Shown here: in pieces, positions 54,061 to 64,000 of the stretch
Numbering within the stretch: the first letter of the stretch is position 1
Layout: each line of letters begins with the position of its first letter
Source of the DNA: Epiperipatus broadwayi
Taxonomy: Eukaryota; Animalia; Onychophora
Reading direction: 5' to 3'
Assembly (NCBI GenBank): GCA_028023455.1
Contig: JAQFVV010000001.1
Coordinates: 2,914,001-2,978,000 of the forward strand
DNA: 64,000 nt
Position numbers and translations under genes: made by a program
The notes under the pieces: model-generated
The model's database searches: none
What the model was told of the DNA's origin: nothing
Seen by the model: only the letters and a program-made list of their open reading frames with translations

Positions 54061-55394
54061 TACTTAGTTAAAGTTTTCCTTTTTTTTTTCATATTTCTTA
54101 TTTGTATAATTTTATCATAATTTGATAAATAATACAACAATACATTTAAAAAATCACTAAATATAAAAATTAATAAATAACAAATAATATTATACAACAT
54201 ATTTTTTACATTTATCAGATTCCTACTGGTAATTTTTAGTAATTACCTGGTTAATGTGATTTATATGTATTATTTATTACTTTTGACCAAGGGATTCTAT
54301 TAATTATTAAAAATTATTTGGCTAATGTGAATTCTATGCATTTTTTATCACTTTCATCAAAACATCTGGTAATTATAACATATATAAAATGACAATAAAA
54401 CAATAACAATAATATCCATTTCATCATAGAGGCTTTCTAGTTCATTTATGAACATTACATTTGAATAACATATGCCATCATATGTTTATATATGACATAT
54501 GCATATTTTATGTGTTAAGACTATCTTAGTTATATCATTAAATAATGCATAATATTTTAACTTATAAGATCAAATAATTCAAAATAATCAGAAATCCATT
54601 CTTTGGTGAATAATCACTATCTCTTTAACTCAACTAAAATTCTTTTTAGATCTAAAGTATACATATTCTTTTTAAATGGCATTTCTTTTATTAATAAATA
54701 ACTATGTACAAACTACATATGAAGGAAATTCCCTTTATTCAGTGGCAAAATGCTTCAAATATAACGAGCATTACTACATATACTTTTACAATACTTAAGC
54801 TTCTGTAATGTTTAATAATGATCTAATAAACAATACTGTAATGATTCCAAAAACTTATTTCTTAATACACATTTAGAAATGACTTCCTCTAAGTCTCTAG
54901 GATCCTAAATGTATGTCATTTTTACTCCAAAAGAAAGAAAGAAAAAATATTACAAAGCAAATTCACTTTTAAATATATTGCAATGATTAAATGAATTATC
55001 ATGAGTTGTATATAACTGAAAATTTGTATATTAATAATAATGAAAAGAATTTAACAACTTAAATAGTCTTTATTTAGATATAAATTCCAATACAAATTTA
55101 AATTAACATATCTATGCTATACAACAAGTATGTTGGGAATCATATGATTTAATTATAAAATTTAATACCTGTTTTTTTAGTTCACAGTTTTCAATAGAGA
55201 AATGCTAAAAGAAATCAAAAAATATATACAACAAAACAATATATATATATATATAAATTTTAAGATGAGCAAAATCTTATCTTACGTCTTCGCTACATTT
55301 TGTGTAGTGAAGTATCCACGTGGTCGAATGTTAGAAGATAATGTATTATATTATCTCTGACATTTTCACAAATTTGATAAATATTTGTCATATA

Positions 55395-55768
55395 TATATA
55401 ACTGAATATTTGTAAATACAGTAACTAAATAATTAAAAATTTTATCCACTTAGGAGCGCTTTCGATTATCTCAGTAATCTGTGTCAACTAAAGCCTTGAA
55501 ATGCTAACTTTCCCACAATTCCGTGATCTTAACGTTTGCTGCTTGCCCATTAATTAAGTCATGTTTATATTTATATATTAGCATAGCTTCCTTTATTTTT
55601 CTTTTATTGTTATTTTTTCAATTTGCAAACATTAAGATCACAAAATTGTGGGAAAGTTAGCATTTCAAGGCTTTAGTTGACACAGATTACTGAGATAATT
55701 AAAAGCACTCTTAAGTGGATAAAATTTTTAATTATTTAGTTACTGTATTTACAAATATTCAGTTATAT
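55395..55768. mobile_element. Family C foldback element, second copy
   Basis: About 170-bp arms with the same central TATTAGCATAGCTTCC. Motifs at 55449-55491 (-) and 55673-55715 (+). Confidence 0.85.
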
Positions 55769-55820
55769 AATTACGAATATTGCTTTAAAAATACTGACAT
55801 CAAATAATATTATTATTACT

Positions 55821-55860
<40 letters not shown>

Positions 55861-56491
55861 ATCATCAGTTATAACAGGTTTGACCTTTCTCTTGTTTTCT
55901 GTCTTTACTAACAACAAACAAAAAAATAAAAATGATATTTTTAAAACTGTATTTCAGCTTCAAACTTGGCTGAGACCATTGTTAGGATGACTGAATAAGG
56001 TCTTGCTTGCAGGATGCACAGATCTGAAGTTGCTTTAACTAGCAGTTAAATATTTAATTTCTGCAAAATAATAATCAAGATATACAGATGGAGTTAACCA
56101 AGAGTTATCAGAAATACATTTTAATTCATGACGTTGATACTTTTCTCCAGGGATAGGTCAGATAGTTGTTTATTACAATTCTATTTTTTACATAGTCATT
56201 TTTGTGTTAATGTCTTCATGTAATCTGGCAGAAAAACAACCATGAGTGTAGCAAAATTTCAGCCAGCTGAACTTATTTACTGATGCACCTTGATAATCAT
56301 GCAGACTTTAAAATGAATTTTCTCCTTTTTCAAGTAACAAAAAGAAAGCAAAATTGACAAATAAAATTTTTCTAGACCATATGGAAGCATAAATAGTATA
56401 AGAGTAGTAATGATAATAATAATCAAATTATCTAACTCCTCAAGCCGTGTACTGTCCAACTTTGTTTACTCTTAGCATGTTGACACTTGAA

Positions 56492-58110
56492 GGCATAATT
56501 TCTATGTAAACAAACAGAATTATAATGTTACCGAATCGTTATTTTTTTGATTTCCAATAAAATTATACAAAATGAAATTTATCTAAAAGAAATAAAATAA
56601 ATTGGAGAAACCTTTTTTTTTTTAAAAAAAATTATTTTTCTAAAATAAAATTTGTAATTTTAACAAGAATAAAAAGGAATAATTTCTCCAAAACAACATT
56701 GTGGCCATGCAAATATAATTTGTAATTTTAACAAGGCCAAAAATAAAACAGGTATTTTGAGAACATAATAAAAAATGTTAAGAAAATAATACATACTTCA
56801 ACAAACAAGTCTCAAATTATATTGAGCAACAAGCAACTTGAAGTTCTAATAAGATAGCCTGGAAGAGATCTTCATACCTGTGGACACACTGCCACATCCA
56901 CTCTTCCAGGTAGGTGCACAGTGATTTTGTGGCTGTGCCATGCTGTTTTTTGTTGTGCCATTTCAACAATCTTCACATGCACTCAATGTTCTGGGTACGT
57001 GTGCCTGTTCTGTGGTTCACAAAGTTATAGTGGTGGTTCTGTCATGTGTTTGTAACACAGCTTTGAGATCTGATGTTAATAACCCTTCCAGCAATCCAAG
57101 TAAATGGTAAAGCCAGATTTTACATTATCATGGATGGCCTGCAGAAGGTTGGCTGCAGATCGTCAGGGAACATCCACAACAAAGCATTCTATGGTTTCAT
57201 AGTACAGCCCACCCAAAATCCACTGTTACAGAAGCATCCTCCCTGGTGGTTCTTTGGCTGAATAATGTCTTGTCCACCTCCACAATTGAGTTAGGCCCAC
57301 CAATCATGTTCTTATGACAAAGTTCACATAGTCTGTTGGTTCAATTGACTCTTGTACACCTAGACATGTCCAAATCAGCGATGGCTCTTTCTATAGTCAA
57401 CTACTCATGGCTCCAATAGTAGACAAGACATACATCCTTCACAAATCAAGCCATGAGCCCTCAAACCAGGTCCCTTGGTGAATCAAACAGCGACACCTGC
57501 AGGAACCAGCCTTGCATTTGAAATGGTAGCTTCTACAATGATAAATTCACATCTCTTGGCCACACGAACACTTCTTCACTGCTGGCAGTACTCCATGATG
57601 GTGTAAGAATTGGATTGCATCATTTTCTGTATACAGTAAATGCCAAACTTTAAAATTGTTTACCTTCAGACATTTTATTGGTCTCATGGTTTTTCTCATG
57701 CAAATGTGAATTTTAATGTGGTTTTGTAAAAATAATGCTTACACCTTCCCTTTGACAATTGATTAAAGTGTCACCCTTGACTAGAGAAGTGGGGCAAATT
57801 TTCCACAATTTTTATTACCTCATACTACATCATTGGATTTGGAAAATAATGACTTACAGACATTCTCAAAAAATACTGTAGCGAAATTTATAATGGGGTT
57901 GTTCATATAAACTGTGTAACATCAAGTTCATCTTAAGTGGTGACAGCTGCTGTGGCAGAATAAACATCCTATTTTTGTGCTGTAGCATAGAAATAGGTGA
58001 TGCAGACAAGAAACAGACTATTTCTATGCTTAAGCATTGAAATAGAATGTTATATAGTGGTGCAGTTACTTAAATGGCATATTTCTATGCATTTGCATAG
58101 AAATTATGCC
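56492..58110 (-). mobile_element. Merlin-type (IS1595/ISXO2-like) DNA transposon, transposase pseudogenised
   Basis: IGGPNSIVEVDKTLF, QWILGG, VP*RSAANLL...NVKSGFTIYLDCWKGY, NFVNHRTGTRTQNIE, YLEEWMW. TIR GGCATAATTTCTATG at 56492 and inverted ending 58110. No TSD seen. Confidence 0.88.
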
Positions 58111-59289
58111 CGCAAACAGTTTCAACATACTAAGAGAAGACTACCTAGTCATTTAATATAATTCAGTTGTCCCAATCTCTTCATTTTTTTAAAATTTACA
58201 TTGCATTATTAATGCAACTTTAAATAAAATATCAACTTAAAATATATTAAAAATACTAAGAAAATTGAAACGTTATATATATAAAGCAGTGAATTGTGGT
58301 GGGTATATTCATACATTTAAATCGATATTTGTATAAAAGATTATAAGATGTTTATTCTTTAAAATAAAATAAAAAATATTGAAATAATTAATAAACTTTC
58401 ATCTTTTCCTTTATACTCTTTTTTTTTTACTTACAACTATCTTAAAGTTTGAGCTGGCTAATCTTTATAATATATATTAGTGTAACTCATTACCTCAATT
58501 CTTTCCATATCGAAACCATCCAAACTTAAACTATTTTATTTTATTATGCATGCATTTCACAAACAATTGTTTATATTATTTTCATGTAAATTTAAATGAA
58601 AAAAAAAAATAAAGAAATAGAATGAGTTAAAAATGAAACTTTTGGTGTAATGAATGAATGCCTTCAGAATAAAAGTTTCAAGGTAGACCTTAAAATAAGA
58701 ATATTTAGGATTAAAAAATATTAACAAATGCTAATGTGTGATACATTAAGATGTTAGTTAGAACTGCATTATTGTAATGCCCTGAAATTAATGATTATAT
58801 ATATATATATATATATATTCTAAGTTAAATTAATGATTATATATATATATATATATATATTCTAAGTTATTATTAGGTTTTAGCATTCTATGCCACATGA
58901 CATAATAATATATTTTAAAAAAAATAATTGATTGATTTATTGTTTATGAGATCATATGAAGTTGGAGCATTGCAACTCATATCTGGATAATTGATCCATG
59001 GGCATTGAGCTCCTTAATTTGCCACTCTACCATTGCACTAAAACATATAGGGCAGGACATGATGATCATGATAATTATAAAAGTCAATTTGTTTATGTCT
59101 TCTTGGAATATTTTTTCTTATACTGTATTTTAATGTATCAACTTACTTAACTTTTTTAACATTCATTTCTCTGAAGACTTTTTATATTTCTAATTAAAAC
59201 ATCATTTGACCTATATATAAATATTTAAGATTTATTTAACAATATATAAATAGTTCAAAATTTATTCTAAAAAAGAACAATGATTGCCT

Positions 59290-59575
59290 AAAGGTTTGTG
59301 ATGAAGACATTTTACTTGTAATTATTCATTGGATTATTATCATTATCTTGTTCTTTATAGAAAAATATTTAAATTTTATATGTATTTTTCGAAATGCATT
59401 CAACTTTTAGTAATAATACTCATGTTAAAATAGAATATGACTTTACAGCAGTATTATTCTTCTTTTTTTTTTCAGATGTTGTTGGTCTAAACAATGACAG
59501 TACTAGTATATTAATTAAACTGGTGACTAGATTTACGACTAATGAATTTAAGTGTTGCTATAATTAACAATATTA
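59290..59575 (-). mobile_element. Family E single unit, diverged
   Basis: TTCAGATGTTGTTGGTCTAAACAATGACAG aligns with 8895-8930 and 24340-24375. Confidence 0.55.
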
Positions 59576-60899
59576 TTAGTCTTATTTTTTATTTATACAA
59601 CTTTGTGGTTTTCAATAGCATTTTTGAAAAATAATGAAATCAACTTGATGTAATTCCTTATGTTTACATTTTTTTTATTACATTAATATATTTTTCTCTT
59701 GCCTCTCTTTTGTACATACTTTTGTTTTTTATTCACTTTTTTATTGTAAATAATTCACAATTTGAAAAAATATTGTGGAATTTTATATTCCATATTCTTT
59801 TATTAGAATTTATATAATATAGATCTTTATACGTAATGAGCATATTTATAAGCTATATACTTAGATCCAGCATCTGTATATAAGCATATATTTAATTTTC
59901 ATAAAGGAGTAATTATATATATATATATATGAAACATGATGTAGTACTTATATTTTTTATATTTTGCATCTATATGTAAGCATGTAATTAATTTTCATAG
60001 AGGAATAACTAAAACATATACTGTATATATATACACGAAACATGGTATTTATATATTTTGCTATTACTATAACTTCATTTATTTGTTACTATACTTTTTA
60101 TTCAGTTTTTCTTATAATTTGATAAAATTATTATTTTTTAAATAATAAAAAGTTTAGTGACATCTATATAACATTGGAAATAATATATACTAATTTGTGT
60201 AGGTATGTCTTTGTTGGGTGCTATTATTAAATCTTAATTTATTTTTATTACCGCTGAAATGTCAGTATATGAATATTCGTCATGTTTTAAGTTCACTGTA
60301 CTTACTGAAGAAAATTTTAGAAAAATCTTCGCGTATATCTTTTTAAATTTTCATCATGTATATCTTTTTGTTATCATATATAAAGGAAACAAAGCAAATC
60401 AGTTTAAATCAGTTCTGAACATCTTATTCCTATACCCACATTATCAGGTTACTCTGATGAAAATCTGACAAGCAAAGAAGAATTAAATTTCAATAAAAAA
60501 ATTTCTTACCCTGAAACAAACTTTAATAGACTGCCATAGTTTGACAAATCATCAAAGTGTAGATTGGTTTTATGTCATAATCTTGAAAAGTAATCTTTTT
60601 GACTCTGTTAAAAAACAATTATTATCCTAAATAAAGCAATTCTATAGACAGGTAAAGAAATGTTTAATATCTACTAAAAGTTACATTTATCAGCTGTCAA
60701 AAAAAAAAAAAAAGGAAACATTTTTCAAGATTTTATAAAATAAGTTTTATATATAAGTCTCATATATATATATTTATTTTAAAAATGAACATTTATTATC
60801 TATTTAGACTTTCATTAAGCATGGATGTATATAAGCATCTGTATAAAGTTCAGTCTTAAAATACACACATTACACATACAAATAAAACAGTCTTTAAAC

Positions 60900-61300
60900 A
60901 GACTACAATAAGGCAAAGACTTTTCCAACAACTTCTCATAGAGAGCATTGTATGAGATGGATTCCAGATAAAGAGAATTTGTCCGTTTTAAAATTGGATG
61001 TTAAATATGAGCAGGCTATCTGAAAGAAAACCTTGAGCCTGATTGAAACTGAAGTTTTAACCAATCTATATTGAAATCCAATCATGGCAATTGCAGATAT
61101 ATGTGATACCAATATATGTTTTTTTTTTAAAAAAAAAACAAAACAAATCAAGTTCTATTTTTGTTCTAAAAAATTGATGTTTTTTAAAAAGATAATTTAA
61201 ATCAGGCAGCGTCAATGATTCAATTATTAAGATAATTCTTCCAGAATTTTTAATTGGAGAATAATCGTGATATTTATTAATTATGAATGTTGATTGCTGT
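60900..61300 (-). mobile_element. Decayed L1/Tx1-like RT fragment
   Basis: Frameshifted QGFLSDSLLIFNI resembles RQGxPLSPLLFNI. Upstream NYLFKKHQFF resembles WxYLFxxLxxFGF. Confidence 0.45.
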
Positions 61301-64000
61301 ATCAAGTTAAACTTTATTTATAAGTCATAAATCCTAAAAAAATTCAATAAATAAACCATTTGATTGATTTTTGTATATATAAAACTTGACTCATATAAAT
61401 GGTAATTCAAAAACATAAAGTGGTTTGAAAATATATTAACTTTTTTTTTGATTAGCAATTAATTTTATCAATTATTTTTTCCAATAAAATTTATAAAATG
61501 GAGAAAAATTTCAAATGAATTTTCAAAATAATAATCTGTTCCCCCTTTACCAGTTTCAGCTTTGCATTAATAGATACCACATTTTCCACAAGAGCTATCA
61601 TGTTTCCAATTGCAGAGCTGTAATTATGAAGGGTGTTCTTGAGCTGGTGAAATGTCTAGGCCTGTTGACATATAATCTATATACTCATTGAAGTAGCATC
61701 AAAGAAAATCAGGTAGTGTCAAATTTCATCATCATGATGGCCAATTGATGGCAGAAGTTTACAAAAATTTTGAATCAAAAATTAATTATCTTTACACAGG
61801 TTTTAATTGATAAAAATTGCATTATTTCATTTAATAATCTGAAATGCATGTAGAGAGAAGAAGGGAATTGCTATTTTCAAGAATTTATTTTAATTTAATA
61901 AGAAATAATCAATAGTACACTTTCACTTGATCTTAATTTTTAAAATTTTGATAAAAAATTTTAAAATCAAAATAATGGAAGAACATAATAAGGTTTCCTC
62001 CATATTTTCAAAATAGATTACATATTTATAATTACTGATAGTGGATCTCATAACTTAATTTATTTGTAATCTAGTTTACACATGATCTTCACTAGATAGT
62101 AGTATTCATGGGAGTTATAATTTTGGCATCTAGGTATGGAAGACGAATTTTAATGGTAAAAATACTGAATTTGTTGCTGAACATATTCGAAATTAATTTT
62201 GTATAAATTTGAAGTGAAGTTAAAATAACAATAATGATAATGATGATTAGTTTCTCCATCATGTTATGCATAAGTAAAAAAAAAAGAAAGATAAATTTTT
62301 AAAAAATTAATTAATATGAAACAATTAGAAAAATCAAAATAGATATCAGAAAGAGGAAAAAGAAAAGCCATTATTTAAAAGAACAGAAGTCTTTTAAATT
62401 AAATGAATAGAAAATTTTAAAGAGCATTATTAAAGAACAGTATCAATAATATAACAATGTTTGCAAAATCATTAAAAATGGAAGCAAAATTAGAAAAACA
62501 AGAATATCTTTTAAAGAATTCATGACATCAAAAGATAAAATCTAACATTAAGTTTTTTGAAAATACACATGAATAAATTATAACTGATAAAACAAGACTA
62601 AAACAAATGTAGAATGGATATGCAGAAGAATTAGCCTACAAAGTCTTATTAACTAAGATAATTGATGAGATCAGATTAACCTTGTGATCATGATTAAAAG
62701 ATATGACCATTAAAACTGACAATATTTTACTAGAAAGGATTTAGAAAATTAAATAAGAATCAATAAATATGTCAATTTGAAAAATGATCTTAATTTCAGA
62801 TTTGAACAAATCAATTTATAGTCCTACACTAAAAAAAATATTTATTAAATGGAAAAAAGTCAACTATCTTATAATGTATTTTATACCAAGTATAAGTAAG
62901 AAATAAAAAATATTGAACACTGATTAGTATCTTATAGTATTTAAAAAAAGATTCAAAATAAACTTTCTAGTTATGAGTTCATTTGAGAAATGAGATATCT
63001 TTTCTTATATAAGATGAATAATTGAAATTTTTGTATTTATACTGTATTGTAATTTATTATGCTTTATTTATTACACAAAGAAGTTTGATTTTAATGTTTA
63101 GGCTAAATTGTTGAATATTCCAAGGAAATTGATGTTTCTGAGGATTTCATTGTTATGTATTTTTGTATAGGGCTTGAAGCTATTATAAAATGTACTATGG
63201 TAAAAAATTACAATTATTGATTCAGGATTGATGAATGAAATACTGACAACTTCAGATTTTTTGATAATAAACATCTTTCTGTGACAATATATAGAAGATT
63301 TGATATTTATTAAAACATTTAAGAAATAAAAATAAAATGAAAGGCTGTGATTGATACTAGGTATGAAGTATTCATGGGAGTCATTGCAGAATAATTTTGA
63401 ATAGAATCACAATGAAAAATTTGAAAAGATTCATGTAGAAAAGTCTCTTGACAAATAAATATTAAAATTGTTCATCTTAGGTTACTGGAAATGAAAATAG
63501 AAATATTGATGCTTATGAATTGTGCTGCTGGAAAAATCGTGAAATATTAATGTGGTTACTTGATTAAATCAAGTCTTAATTTTTGGATAAAACACAAATG
63601 ACTATGTTGAATTGATTTTGCATTCTTTTTGTAACAATATGAGATAATATAATTTATTACAAAAATGCACAATGCTCAGAAAGTATTATCCAAAATAAAA
63701 AGATGAAAACTAGCAAAGATATTGTTAAACTTTATCATCATATCTAAAAATGTGACATTGGGGGGACCTGAAAATCAAATCAATAATAATTTATTCTAGA
63801 CAAATTTTGTTCATATGGTTACAAGAAATACTTTTCAACTTGATAACAACTAATTCTATATACATTTTTCTATCATATGTATGACAAGAACTCGAATCCA
63901 TATTGAATAAAATTTTAAATTTTTTCCAAATTAGATGGCTAGCTTGTAGCCAACTTAGTTAATTATATTGTTTGATAGATATGTATCTTTCTATTTTTAA

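Noticed and set aside
60510-60604. Minus-strand 95-nt exon candidate ending HFDDLSNYGSLLKFVSG|GTAAGA
   Set aside because: All frames are closed from the good acceptor, and no partner exons were found.

Overview
This is a very AT-rich (roughly three quarters A+T by eye), CpG-depleted eukaryotic window, probably from an invertebrate animal (inference). It has no intact protein-coding gene: the ORF-track entries are microsatellite read-throughs, transposon debris or chance. Recognisable transposon content: decayed RTE- and L1/Tx1-type LINE fragments, a Merlin (IS1595/ISXO2-like) transposase with terminal inverted repeats, a hAT/Buster transposase fragment, a Ginger/KRBA2-like integrase fragment, tRNA-derived SINEs, MITEs and a 3.4 kb solo-LTR-like block. 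There are also long (AAT)n/(TAT)n tracts. The main signal is a set of short repeat families, unrelated in sequence (my labels A, C, F, G, I, and partly E). They look like foldback MITEs but carry minimal type I hammerhead ribozyme motifs (CUGANGA, stem II, GAAA, self-complementary helix III, UH). In A, C and F the hammerheads sit one per arm, facing outward in head-to-head dimers, and E forms the same kind of dimer. For A, C and E the dimer appears to be the mobile unit. Families A and E also carry tRNA-like Pol III boxes. A chain of phase-compatible micro-exon candidates on the + strand (3960-8369) is a weaker second lead. All structure calls are by eye and untested.
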